Source: Octopus bimaculoides
Lineage: Eukaryota
Direction: 5' to 3'
DNA: 64,000 nt
NCBI RefSeq assembly: GCF_001194135.2
Contig: NC_068984.1
Coordinates: 72,861,533 to 72,925,532, forward strand
Part shown: positions 12,860 to 25,593 of the stretch, piece after piece
Layout of the letters: the number at the start of each line of letters is the position of its first letter
Position numbering within the stretch: position 1 is the stretch's first letter
The notes under the pieces: model-generated
The model's input: only the letters and a program-made list of their open reading frames with translations
Told to the model about the DNA's origin: nothing
The model's database searches: none
Made by a program: the position numbers and the translations under genes

Positions 12860-14111
12860 NNNNNNNNNNNNNNNNNNNNNNNNNNNNNNNNNNNNNNNNN
12901 NNNNNNNNNNNNNNNNNNNNNNNNNNNNNNNNNNNNNNNNNNNNNNNNNNNNNNNNNNNNNNNNNNNNNNNNNNNNNNNNNNNNNNNNNNNNNNNNNNNN
13001 NNNNNNNNNNNNNNNNNNNNNNNNNNNNNNNNNNNNNNNNNNNNNNNNNNNNNNNNNNNNNNNNNNNNNNNNNNNNNNNNNNNNNNNNNNNNNNNNNNNN
13101 NNNNNNNNNNNNNNNNNNNNNNNNNNNNNNNNNNNNNNNNNNNNNNNNNNNNNNNNNNNNNNNNNNNNNNNNNNNNNNNNNNNNNNNNNNNNNNNNNNNN
13201 NNNNNNNNNNNNNNNNNNNNNNNNNNNNNNNNNNNNNNNNNNNNNNNNNNNNNNNNNNNNNNNNNNNNNNNNNNNNNNNNNNNNNNNNNNNNNNNNNNNN
13301 NNNNNNNNNNNNNNNNNNNNNNNNNNNNNNNNNNNNNNNNNNNNNNNNNNNNNNNNNNNNNNNNNNNNNNNNNNNNNNNNNNNNNNNNNNNNNNNNNNNN
13401 NNNNNNNNNNNNNNNNNNNNNNNNNNNNNNNNNNNNNNNNNNNNNNNNNNNNNNNNNNNNNNNNNNNNNNNNNNNNNNNNNNNNNNNNNNNNNNNNNNNN
13501 NNNNNNNNNNNNNNNNNNNNNNNNNNNNNNNNNNNNNNNNNNNNNNNNNNNNNNNNNNNNNNNNNNNNNNNNNNNNNNNNNNNNNNNNNNNNNNNNNNNN
13601 NNNNNNNNNNNNNNNNNNNNNNNNNNNNNNNNNNNNNNNNNNNNNNNNNNNNNNNNNNNNNNNNNNNNNNNNNNNNNNNNNNNNNNNNNNNNNNNNNNNN
13701 NNNNNNNNNNNNNNNNNNNNNNNNNNNNNNNNNNNNNAATTTATATAAAGGGCATTAACTGTGTAGTAATGCCTCACGCTTAGAGGGACTAAATAAGTCA
13801 AAAACTACCAAAAAATAAGCAACATATTTACTGAAAGCGAGGGAATGCAGCTTTCAAAATTCATCTCTTGAAAACATTTAACTCAACGGTAGACCACTGG
13901 TTTCTCAATCAAATACAGAAAAACTGTGAAGTAACCTGCATTCTTTTGTTCATCAGTACACGTATGGTCAAGATACATAAAAATAAACAAGAATCAACAT
14001 ACCACGATGTAGCCATCACAGTACGATGACTTCTGTCCATAATTATATATCCATGAAAGAGATTTGAATTTATCCGGTTGTATCTCAGTAACATGTGCTT
14101 ATACAGAAGAA

Positions 14112-14227
14112 ATCCATAGAATAAACACCAGGCTTACAAAGAATATGTCGAAGCTCGATTTCTTCAGATAAAAGGCGGTGCACCAGCATGGCCACACTCA
14201 AATGATTGGAGCAAGTAACAGAGTAAA
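14112..14227 (+). mobile_element. SINE family A, 3' part, degraded
   Basis: aaaggcggtgcaccagcatggccacactcaaatgattggagcaagtaacagagtaaa matches the family A tail. Confidence 0.8.
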
Positions 14228-14233
14228 TGGGTA

Positions 14234-14288
<55 letters not shown>

Positions 14289-14329
14289 ATTCAATTTGGG
14301 GGGATTAATTGATATGCGGCTATTCTAGC

Positions 14330-15740
14330 ATGGCACTAGCAATGGGAAGGATAGAAATGGTATCCAGGGATGCCATCGAGAGGTGCTTGAAAGTAATATA
14401 GTAGTATATAAAATATATCAACAGAGGAAAGCGTTTTGGCACTGCAGAGGCGAGGTGCGCTTTCGAAAAGAAGCTAAAGAATACTCAAAGAAAACTTTAA
14501 AACTCGGAAGGACTGGAGTTGCTTCCGATTTACCTTTGAAGCAGGACCTCCAAAATTAAAATACAGGGCGTCCCTCCAGAAGTCTCCGATGTATGGCTTA
14601 TAGCATCTTTATTGTTCAATCAAAAATATTAGGTCTGTCTCTTTTCAACTTCCAGAACGCAGGTGCAAAACCGGGATGGTCGTGGCTTGGAATTCCAATC
14701 CTGACCACCCAAAGAGATATGGAAGAAATTCCAGAATATATTATGTTGACGGGCGAGACAAAAATAAGGGTTATCGTAGAAGGTGGAAGCTCAAAGTGCT
14801 TCGGGTGTGGACAAAAGGGCCGCATAAATGCTAAGTGCCTACACGGCATGCAGCCGGGGCCACACCTTCCATCCAACAAACCAGTACAAACGGAAGAACC
14901 AACTAGATCGAAAAAGATAAACTACTGACCACTTAGCCTAACCCAGAAAAAGAGAACCTCCCAAAAGAGAAGAAGTCATCTGAAACTACAACAAAGAAGG
15001 CCCAAAGAGGGGTAAGTTCTATAAGAGACACCCAAGAAAATTCAACGGCGGCCGAAATCAGTAACAAATGGACAGAGGTAAAGAGAAAAAAGAAAGAAAA
15101 TAAAGAAAAAGATATCCTTCCTCGCGCCCATTTTAATGTTAAAAAAAATCAGTAGACTGCGCACACACACACAGCTTTGACTCAGTAAACATAGACGATC
15201 AAAAACTCACACACTCCACTCACAAGATACCAGCAGTTTGTTCGCTAGATAGGTATAATCCATGTACACAAGAGATATCACTTCCATCATCACCCGAAAA
15301 AACCAACCCAGATACTCAAATGCATATATTAAACCCTCCCCATCTGAATACAAGACCGAGCTATAAGGATAAATTTAAAAAGTAATTTAGAATAAGTGTT
15401 ACGAGCCCTTCAAGTATAAGTATGAATGAGAACTGTGTGTTTGAGGTATTAAATGTAATGGACAGTAAATTTAGCAGTGTTTCAAGGGAGAGAATGAAAG
15501 GTTTTTCTTATTTGAATTTCTGCATGGATTTGTTAGAACGTTGTTGGAAGCTTACTTTTTGCATGCTGTAATTGTATTTTACTACAGAAAAACTAAACGA
15601 GGTTGGTGGGTTTCCCTTCTATCTATCACTTCATTTTCCCCTCTTTTTACATCTTCCAGTTTTGACCCCCAACTTTTATTTTTTGTATGTCCTCGTGCTG
15701 TGCTATCTTTATTTGACCCTAAGTGGTTAATCAAAAATAA
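14330..15740 (+). mobile_element. Gag/ORF1-like retroelement copy with 3' tail, no RT visible
   Basis: IERCL..IKYINRGKRFGTAE..LLPIYL*SRTSKIKIQGVPPEVSDVWLIASLL..IRVIVEGGSSKCFGCGQKGRINAKC..WTEVKRKKK, then about 600 bp ending in T-rich tract and aaaaataaa. Confidence 0.8.
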
Positions 15741-15939
15741 AGTTCGTGCCAGTTCCACAGTTTGGGTGTTGATAGTTCAATGTCGGAGTTTAAAGTTTAC
15801 AGTTCGAGTTAGCGTGTTGGATTGTTGGTTCTTAAAAGAGTGTTGTTATGTTACCTGTGGTTACTGCCGTTTGTTTCAGTTATATTGTTATTACATTGTT
15901 GCAGTTTATTCGTTTATCCATAAGGATATAGCACGCACG

Positions 15940-15991
<52 letters not shown>

Positions 15992-16263
15992 GACACACAC
16001 ACAGATATAAGCGGAAAATGATACATTGGATAATATACTCCTTCTAAAATGCAGAATAGTCCTGACTAGAATGACTTCATCGTAGCTTTGCTCGGTTACG
16101 ATTGCCTTGGGCTAAATAGTAATAACAATGAAAGAAAGTAATAATTCAATTCGACTGTATAGGTTATGAAGACAGGCCAATGTGTTGAGGTTGGACATTG
16201 ATTTCCGTAGTTGTTGATGTTGTCGTTACTGAAGTTGTAGGTAAATCTGATGGGAAAGTACTT

Positions 16264-16288
16264 CAGTAGTAGTAGTAGTAGCAGTAGC

Positions 16289-16344
<56 letters not shown>

Positions 16345-16354
16345 CAGCAGCAAC

Positions 16355-16387
<33 letters not shown>

Positions 16388-16388
16388 T
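16264..16388. repeat. (AGT)n/(AGC)n microsatellite
   Basis: Direct reading; explains the poly-Leu ORF. Confidence 0.97.
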
Positions 16389-17203
16389 GTTGGTCTGGCT
16401 GATGCGAAAGTACTTCAGTTGTAGTTGACAGCTGAGATTTTAATTTAGTTGGCTAACTGCCAGCAAGGTGTCACCGAAATATCCAAAAAATCCCAATGAA
16501 TCGATAAACTAGGCCTTAGGTTATTAACCTGAAAGTTAGCTCCTGCTGTGAAATGTCTCAGAGGTTATAACTATATCCAGNNNNNNNNNNNNNNNNNNNN
16601 NNNNNNNNNNNNNNNNNNNNNNNNNNNNNNNNNNNNNNNNNNNNNNNNNNNNNNNNNNNNNNNNNNNNNNNNNNNNNNNNNNNNNNNNNNNNNNNNNNNN
16701 NNNNNNNNNNNNNNNNNNNNNNNNNNNNNNNNNNNNNNNNNNNNNNNNNNNNNNNNNNNNNNNNNNNNNNNNNNNNNNNNNNNNNNNNNNNNNNNNNNNN
16801 NNNNNNNNNNNNNNNNNNNNNNNNNNNNNNNNNNNNNNNNNNNNNNNNNNNNNNNNNNNNNNNNNNNNNNNNNNNNNNNNNNNNNNNNNNNNNNNNNNNN
16901 NNNNNNNNNNNNNNNNNNNNNNNNNNNNNNNNNNNNNNNNNNNNNNNNNNNNNNNNNNNNNNNNNNNNNNNNNNNNNNNNNNNNNNNNNNNNNNNNNNNN
17001 NNNNNNNNNNNNNNNNNNNNNNNNNNNNNNNNNNNNNNNNNNNNNNNNNNNNNNNNNNNNNNNNNNNNNNNNNNNNNNNNNNNNNNNNNNNNNNNNNNNN
17101 NNNNNNNNNNNNNNNNNNNNNNNNNNNNNNNNNNNNNNNNNNNNNNNNNNNNNNNNNNNNNNNNNNNNNNNNNNNNNNNNNNNNNNNNNNNNNNNNNNNN
17201 NNC

Positions 17204-17575
17204 ATGGTTCTGGGTTCAGTCCCACTGCGTGGAACCTTGGGCAAGTGTCTTCTACTATAGCCTCGGGTCGACCAAAGCCTTGTGAGTGGATTTGGTAGAC
17301 GGAAACTGAAAGAAGCCCGTCGTATATGTGTGTATATATATATATGTATATGTGTATATGTTTGTGTGTCTGTGTTTGTCCCCCCCCCGCCACCAACGTC
17401 ACTTGACAACCGATGCTGGTGTGTTTATGTCCCCGTCACTTAGCAGTTCGGCAAAAGAACCCGATAGAATAAGTACTAGGCTTCCAAAGAATAAGTCCTG
17501 GGGTCGATTTGCTCGACTAAAGGCGGTGCTCCAGCATGGCGACAGTCAAATGACTGAAGCAAGTAAAAGAGTAAA
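17204..17575 (+). mobile_element. SINE family A, nearly full length
   Basis: B-box-like gggttcagtccc, body gcaagtgtcttctactatagcc..gaaagaagcccgtcg, internal TA/TG tract, tail ctaaaggcggtgctccagcatggc..aagtaaaagag. Confidence 0.93.
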
Positions 17576-17764
17576 TACATTATAATATTACATTATACAT
17601 AATGTATTATTTATAATTCAGTGCAAGTTATGTACATGAACACGTTATTATTTAACCAGTCAGTGAAGAGCATGTTCCATGAAAGCGCTATTGTTTAGCA
17701 TAATATCGGTTTCACATTTTGTCGCCAGGCCAGAAATGTTAATGGTGGGTTTAATAAATAGATT

Positions 17765-17911
17765 ATATCGATGCCAGTGTATTCATTTTATCGACCCCGA
17801 ACGAATAAAAGGTAAAGTCGACCTAAGCAGAATTTGAAATCAACGTAAGGACGGACGAGATGACACTAAGTATTTGGTTCGGTGTGCTAACGTTTCTGCC
17901 AGCTCGCTGCC
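17765..17911 (-). mobile_element. tRNA-derived SINE family B
   Basis: Reverse complement ggcagcgagctggcagaaacgttagcacaccg..ttcaaattctgcttaggtcgactttacc..ggggtcgataaaat. Confidence 0.9.
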
Positions 17912-17944
17912 TTGAAAAGCGCTGCAGTATTAATACTACTTGTA

Positions 17945-19790
17945 GGCAGCGAGTCGATAGAATCGTTACCGCGCCGTTGAGTGTGTGTAAGTTATTTTTA
18001 AAGTTGTAATTTTGCGTCAGTGTTTTTTAACACTTTGTAAATTGTTTTTCTGCTGATTTGCAGCGGTTTTCCTTGTGGTGCTTTCTCTTCACTTTAAGGG
18101 GAGTTAGCCAGGATAATGGCAAAAGTGAAATGTATTCCTCGGTCATTAGTGGTACTGAGTTGTATTCTACAGAGGAAGAACTGATAATGGCGGTAAAAAA
18201 AAAGATGGACAGAGAATTAGATAAAAAGAACTTTGCAGAAGTGACGAAAGAAAAAAAGAAAAGAGGTGGACTTATCAAATATTGACAAAGACGATAAAAT
18301 GGCGCACGGAAAGCGGGGGTGACATTAAGTTGTCAACACCCCAGAAGATATTGGAGTAGATGAAAAAAAAAGATCTTGGTGTATAAGGCATACTCAATAA
18401 AAGAAAGAAGAATGGAACATTCGAAGGAGGAGGAAATTGAAAAGGCTTTATGCGCAGTAATGAGAGATATAAAATATTTAGGAAGAGGAAATTCATACGG
18501 AACTATTGTAATCCATTTTAGGACTGAGGAAGTGGCAAGGCAACAGTCAGTGACTAGGGCAAGAACAGATAAAGTTGTCCTTCTACCCACTTATCTTGGA
18601 AGAAAGACTTCCAAGATTAGGGTAGAAGGAATCCCGCCAGATATAGATGTGGCTTGGGTTGCAGCAGCGGTCCTACTCGGAAATAAGGAGGCCGTCATCT
18701 AGAAGGAACAACATGGAAAGCCAAGACGCTAGACCTAATAGTTCAAGCGGAAGTGGAAACGCTGGAAGGACTTGTAGAAACGGTGTCGATCAGAGACGAT
18801 TCTAAGAGTGTGGGTGGAGGGAAGAGTCCCTCGTTGTTTTACATGTGGCCAGAAGGGCTACATTAAGGCACACTGTACCACACAGAAAACAAAAAGAGTA
18901 AAAGGATCCAGAAAAATACAGGAGATATTGGAGGAAGTGCAGAGAAAGGAGGAATTATGGACAGTAGTTGGGAAAAAGAGAAAGAAAGGATAGAACGAGA
19001 GGGAACTCCAAATCGCCCCCACCCCACCTAAACCAGCTCAGTCCCATCCTCTACCAGCATACACCAAACCCACCCATTCACCTCCTTTACAAAACAAAAA
19101 GAAAAAAGAAAGCTAGCAGACATCACAGGATTTACAAAATCCCCCACCCCGTGAGAATTATGTTTGTTTGTTGACAGAGGAGGTAGAAGGGGCTTTGATT
19201 TGTGAGCCGAGGAGGTAGAAAACGGCGAAATTCGCGAACATGGAGGGTTTCATAAACATTATAGGCTTGTAAATTTTGTGTACTGGTGACTCAAAGCCAA
19301 AACGATGTGATATCCAAATATAAAAAAGGAGTTAAATATTGGAGACTGTACGCGGATATAAATAAAAGTTACCGAATAGTTCGAAATAAAAAGACTTAAG
19401 AAAGGAACATGGAGTGGACATATTAAGGGAAGCACATTATGAATTGTAAAAGGAAGAAATGAGGCTGCTTGGTGGGGCAAGTAGTCCATTTTCATACTCT
19501 TTTCATTGTTATCATGCATGTACATCATACGTTTTTAATTTTAATTTTTATATTTATACAATTGTCTGTGTTATTTTTGTATGTCCCCACATGTGTTGTA
19601 TTAACATCTGTGTATACCCTTTATGGGAAATAAAGAAATAAGAATCGTTACCGCGCCGACCAAAATGCTTTGCGTATTTCGTCCGTCCTTACGTTCTGAG
19701 TTCAAATTCTGCCGAGGTTGCCTTTACCTTTCATTCCTCGGGATCGATAAAATAGCTCCTAGTTGATCACTGAGCTCGATCAGTCCAACT
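17945..19790 (+). mobile_element. SINE family B split in two (17945-17976 and 19641-19790) by a retroposon insertion
   Basis: Head ggcagcgagtcgatagaatcgttaccgcgccg resumes at 19641 as agaatcgttaccgcgccgaccaaaatgctt..gagttcaaattctgccgagg. Confidence 0.92.
17977..19640 (+). mobile_element. 1,664-bp gag/ORF1-only non-LTR retroposon flanked by an 18-bp TSD
   Basis: TSD agaatcgttaccgcgccg at 17959-17976 and 19641-19658; disrupted ORF from about 18130: KKKILVYKAYSI..IKYLGRGNSYGTIVIHF..VVLLPTYLGRKTSKIRVEGIPP..VEGRVPRCFTCGQKGYIKAHC..WTVVGKKRKK; ends gggaaataaagaaata. Confidence 0.9.
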
Positions 19791-20860
19791 TTGCACCAAT
19801 ATTGCAGCATGTTTAAACAACACGTCATTTAATTGCATTTAGAGCGAAGACGTTCCAAACAGACGTTATTATCACTTTGTGTAGAGTGTTTTCTAATGAC
19901 GAGTTAATTTTTAGTAATTAACGCGAGTATGTTAGAATATTTTTCGGCAAGATATCATTATGAATTCAGACTAAAAATTATCGCTTTTCCGGCATGCAAA
20001 TCGAATATTTTAGATCAAAATTTACAGCCGAAAGCTAAGACGACTTATATACGAAAAACCACTTTAGGAGAACAAAATTTCCAAAAATTGCTGTAGAATT
20101 TGTGAAGATTGTGACGATATTTCAATGCCTATACAACATGACTATAAGAGTTTTGGGATTAAGTCCCACGAGTAACCTTCAAATTTTTCTATCTCAAAAA
20201 GGTTTTTCAATCCAGCATTTACATGCCATTATATGTAGTTCAATGGGTGTGCTTCGAGTTTTCCCCCACGAAAAACGATTTCATGTTTTTTCGCAAGTGG
20301 GGTTGTTGGTGTTACGAATGGTGTTACATATGGAATATGTTGTCTATTGACTTTTTTACGTGCTAGACCACTGGTAGTATAACTCTGTATAGTTTTGCTA
20401 CCCTTATATATNNNNNNNNNNNNNNNNNNNNNNNNNNNNNNNNNNNNNNNNNNNNNNNNNNNNNNNNNNNNNNNNNNNNNNNNNNNNNNNNNNNNNNNNN
20501 NNNNNNNNNNNNNNNNNNNNNNNNNNNNNNNNNNNNNNNNNNNNNNNNNNNNNNNNNNNNNNNNNNNNNNNNNNNNNNNNNNNNNNNNNNNNNNNNNNNN
20601 NNNNNNNNNNNNNNNNNNNNNNNNNNNNNNNNNNNNNNNNNNNNNNNNNNNNNNNNNNNNNNNNNNNNNNNNNNNNNNNNNNNNNNNNNNNNNNNNNNNN
20701 NNNNNNNNNNNNNNNNNNNNNNNNNNNNNNNNNNNNNNNNNNNNNNNNNNNNNNNNNNNNNNNNNNNNNNNNNNNNNNNNNNNNNNNNNNNNNNNNNNNN
20801 NNNNNNNNNNNNNNNNNNNNNNNNNNNNNNNNNNNNNNNNNNNNNNNNNNNNNNNNNNNN

Positions 20861-20899
<39 letters not shown>

Positions 20900-20900
<1 letters not shown>

Positions 20901-21062
20901 GACGGGCTTCTTTCCGTTTCCACCTACCAAATCCACTCATAAGGCTTTGGTTGGCCCGAGGCTATAGCAGAAGACACTTGCCCAAGGTGCCACGCAGTGG
21001 GACTGAACACGGAACCATGTGGTTGGTGAGCAAGCTACTTATCACACAGCCATTCTTGCGCC
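20900..21062 (-). mobile_element. SINE family A, 5' part
   Basis: Reverse complement ggcgcaagaatggctgtgtgataagtagcttgctcaccaaccacatggttccgtgttcagtcccactgcgtggcacc. Confidence 0.92.
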
Positions 21063-21706
21063 TATTTATAAATATATATAACAGATTGACTCAGGTATAT
21101 ATCTACATATAAATTTCTGTGATGTCCGTTAGTAAGTTAGTCACACCTAACTATGGGTTAGACTCTCTGGCATTTTTAAATAAATTCCTTTGTAAATATA
21201 TATCGATAAAAAGGTACTCTCGAAGCGTCCGACATTATTTACTATCACAAGTTTAGATATTTGTCACCAAGCTTTACCTTCACTGCAGAGTAGGTTTTAA
21301 CATTTGATAAACAATATTAATGCGTTCTGGCAAAATTTATCGTTTTCATTTGCAAACAGTCTCTTACTTTCTCTCTCTCCCACCTCTAATTATTTTCATT
21401 AATAATAATCTACTTATTATATTTTTATTGCAATTTTTCATTTCAAGTTTTATTTCGTTATCTCAGGTGAGGAAATCAGGTATTTTGTTGACTCAAATTC
21501 GGAGTGTAAATGCCCTCAGTTTTTTGTTTATACATACTGAAAATAAATTGTATTGGACAGCTTATTAAAACTCACTGAAGATTTAGACTCATGTGATTAT
21601 TTCCTTTTGCTCCTTATCTAAGAATTAGCAAGTGAATTTGTTGCTATGGCTATTTGATACGCTATAAGTATCAAAATATTTAGCAGAAAACCACCCGGAG
21701 GGCGGT

Positions 21707-21751
<45 letters not shown>

Positions 21752-21779
21752 GTCAATAAAAAACAATCAGTTCAAGTAA

Positions 21780-22030
21780 AAGAATAATAAAATTAACATT
21801 AACATACAGCAAGCGGACGTGCACAAAGAATGTATTAGTTTGACGATCGGTAAAAATGAGAGAGTTTTTGACGTTTTGAGCATAGCTCTTCTGTTCCTCC
21901 TTTGGACTTTTTCATTTCTCCTTTCCGGTGAAGTGCTATGCTCGAAACGTGAAAAACTTTCTCTATTTAAAGAGTGTCATCCTAATACATCCTTTGTGCA
22001 CGTTCTCTTGTTGTCTGTTAATTTTATCAT
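21780..22030. mobile_element. Inverted pair of PLE-type terminal repeats with degenerate hammerheads
   Basis: gtgcacaaagaatgtattag / ctaatacatcctttgtgcac; gacgttttgagcatagctcttc (minus) and gtgaagtgctatgctcGAAAcgtg (plus). Confidence 0.8.
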
Positions 22031-22353
22031 TCGCGAATTCACTATTTACCGCACACTCACACGGACCATTTCCGTTCTTCCGACTGATTTAGAGTACCTG
22101 GTTCATTCTACACATTTGACTATATTATTTATTTATTTATATTCATTTTGAGTATCAAAGTCTTAGTTGTATAGTACTACAACTTCTTCATCGACATTTA
22201 ATCGAGTCGTACATTTACCCGAGGAGTTTATATTTTCCAGTGTTGCTGAAATTATACAAATATAATATTCCACTAATAGTTCTGTTAAAGTGTCAATGAA
22301 CGAAAATAGTATTATCCAGAAAACGGGTTGCTCACTCAATTTCTTATGTATGC

Positions 22354-22408
<55 letters not shown>

Positions 22409-23374
22409 CATATGCGTGTGTGTGTGTGAGTGTGGAATTGTGTTTGTATGTATGTGTATGTATGTATATGTGTGTGTATCTGTGTGTGTATGATAATATA
22501 TATAACAATGCACTTTTGTCATTGAAGTGTTCATTGAAATAAATTTAATTACCCGCAAGTCTAATAATAAAAATGCTAATACTGATCCTTTGATACCAGT
22601 GATATCATTAATGACATTTCTCGTTTTTACTCATTCCCTCACTTTCTCCCTATCTAAAAACAAAAATTCTTATTCTTCTTAAATGCCAAATTCTGATTGT
22701 TGGTTTTGCAACTATTAATGATATTAAATATTTAGCGGTCCTTATATGTCTGTAAAACAGCTTCTATTGAAATAGTTAAAGAAATCATTATATAGTTTCA
22801 TTAAATTTCTAACTGAATCCTCTTCCAAGAAACTGAAGCATAAAAACTTTATGCTCCTTCAAACGTTGAGAATTCCTGCATAAAAGTTTTCTGAACCCTA
22901 TAGTGTATGGTAAACGAAACTACATATTTCTCATACATTTGTTTAGTATATGTTTTTATAATTATTGGTACATATCATCACATACCAGCATTTCAAAGAC
23001 TATTAGATATTCTATAATCACACTGCTTAAGACGAACATTCAAATTTTACCTTGCTTATAGCTAGACTGTGCTGGATTATATCATCAAACATTTTAAAGT
23101 CTCCATTTTGATAAATTACACTTTTGATTAGCAAAATCGCATCAGTATGGTATATAACATATATTGAGTTTCATAAAAGATAATTGTTCATAAAAGAAAA
23201 ATTACAAAATTAACTGAATATTTACACCTACTTCAGCTGACTTCCAAATATAGATATTTTTACAAATAACTTTAGATTACAGTAAAACAAAACTCAAAAT
23301 TATAAATGAAAACGGTTTAAATTTCCCTGATTAAAGTTGCATCACTATTGCTTCGCAAACTTAATCTTAATATT

Positions 23375-23545
23375 ATCGTTAGCATTCAGGGCAAAATACC
23401 TAGCGGTATTTCCTCCGTTTTACGGTTTGAGTTCAAACGCCGCCGGGTTGATATTGTCTTTCGTCCTTTTGGGTTCAATAAAATAAATATCAGTTGATCA
23501 GTGTGGTCAGTTCATGTTATCGACTTGGCCCCTCTCCAGAAATAC
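23375..23545 (+). mobile_element. SINE family B, degraded
   Basis: tcgttagcattcagggcaaaatacctagcggtatttc..gagttcaaacgccgccggg..gggttcaataaaataaatatcagttg. Confidence 0.8.
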
Positions 23546-24345
23546 CTTCCAATGCGTCCAAAATTTGAAACGAATATAATTTATCAAATAAAGCCACACA
23601 AATTTATAGAATTCTTATTCACAATTCTTTTTATCTGTACGGAAAGCGTTTAAATTCTAACAAAAAATATATATAAACATAGATAAGTAATCCAACAAGA
23701 ATACATTAACAGAATTACGAATTCTAAGAAGAGAAAAAGCGGCATATATGAATGTATGCATTCAAGTTTGTATAAATGTTTGAATAACATTTCTCTCTCC
23801 TCTATTTACATACATATAAATAGAAAGATAGAGACAGATATATAAACATATGCGTATGTATATATATATATNNNNNNNNNNNNNNNNNNNNNNNNNNNNN
23901 NNNNNNNNNNNNNNNNNNNNNNNNNNNNNNNNNNNNNNNNNNNNNNNNNNNNNNNNNNNNNNNNNNNNNNNNNNNNNNNNNNNNNNNNNNNNNNNNNNNN
24001 NNNNNNNNNNNNNNNNNNNNNNNNNNNNNNNNNNNNNNNNNNNNNNNNNNNNNNNNNNNNNNNNNNNNNNNNNNNNNNNNNNNNNNNNNNNNNNNNNNNN
24101 NNNNNNNNNNNNNNNNNNNNNNNNNNNNNNNNNNNNNNNNNNNNNNNNNNNNNNNNNNNNNNNNNNNNNNNNNNNNNNNNNNNNNNNNNNNNNNNNNNNN
24201 NNNNNNNNNNNNNNNNNNNNNNNNNNNNNNNNNNNNNNNNNNNNNNNNNNNNNNNNNNNNNNNNNNNNNNNNNNNNNNNNNNNNNNNNNNNNNNNNNNNN
24301 NNNNNNNNNNNNNNNNNNNNNNNNNNNNNNNNNNNNNNNNNNNNN

Positions 24346-24406
<61 letters not shown>

Positions 24407-24469
24407 CTATCTATCTATCTATAAATATATATATATGAACATTCTTCCTCTCAATATTCACACATTCGG

Positions 24470-24930
24470 CTAGCATTCATTCTTCCTCTGGAATGATTGC
24501 CCCTGAATATACTGAACAATATATATCTACAACATACTTCTTACCTATCTATCTTTCTCTTTACTATGTATCTTATTTCTCCTCTCAACATTTGCACAAC
24601 TTTGGATATTTTAGCATTCATTCAATTTCCTTCAATATAGAGTACTGCATAACAATTCTTTCCCCTCTCCTCTTCATGCTGTGCTGCCTGACCATTGTTT
24701 CTGATCATGGATTTACCTAAAGAGGACACGATGTAGCTGGATTTAATTGGGCCCTCCCAAATTTCTGGTCAAAAAGTACACATCAAATATCATTGATGAG
24801 GAACATTCTTCCACTGTGTAATCTATATCTCTCCGATGAAGAATACCCAACTTACAGAGTCTTCACTCTTTACGATTCTCCAATAGGTCGGACAGCCAAG
24901 AAATAGCTGTCAGAATCTATCTTTACTATT
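24470..24930 (-). mobile_element. Possible old RTE-like LINE apurinic-endonuclease fragment
   Basis: Minus strand RVKTL*VG..ERYRL, QHSMKRRG..YSILKEIE, VYS..PEEE resemble APE motifs; heavily disrupted. Confidence 0.35.
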
Positions 24931-25547
24931 TTGCACTATTGTTACAATTCTTTATGTAGCTAGATTTGGATTGAATTAAATGAAATTAAATGATCGCGTC
25001 CTGCTTTGCCTGATTGCTTGCTTTTCAATATTAGACCAAAATATAAGTGATATTAATAATTACAGAATGATTAATGATATTTACAAAATAGTTATTTAAG
25101 AGTCGCTAAGCATGGATAGAACTTTTCAAGCCTCTCGTTTAATTAGGTTTTTACTAGGGAAAAGAGTATTATAGCATTCGGATGTAGAGAATTGACAATT
25201 TCTATCCGGTAGGTGGTAAGGTTTTGCAGAACACATTATCTTCCATCTAGTTTCATTCCTAGATGAATTTACAAAGAGTAGTCGAAGAACGTTTAGCAGA
25301 GTTTCTAAAAGAACATTCGTGGTTCGCCAGGCGCACCTTAATAAAATATTGAGATGCTCTTATATAGTAAAAGTGTTTACCACTTGTTTCAAGTATAGCT
25401 TGGTATACTAAATTCTTTTGTTTGCAATCATTTAAAAGCTTACATCTTACTCTATAATTACAAAATTTACTATTTTCACAGGAAATAACACACACCCACA
25501 CACACGCACACACACACACACACATACACATATATATATATATGTAT

Positions 25548-25593
<46 letters not shown>

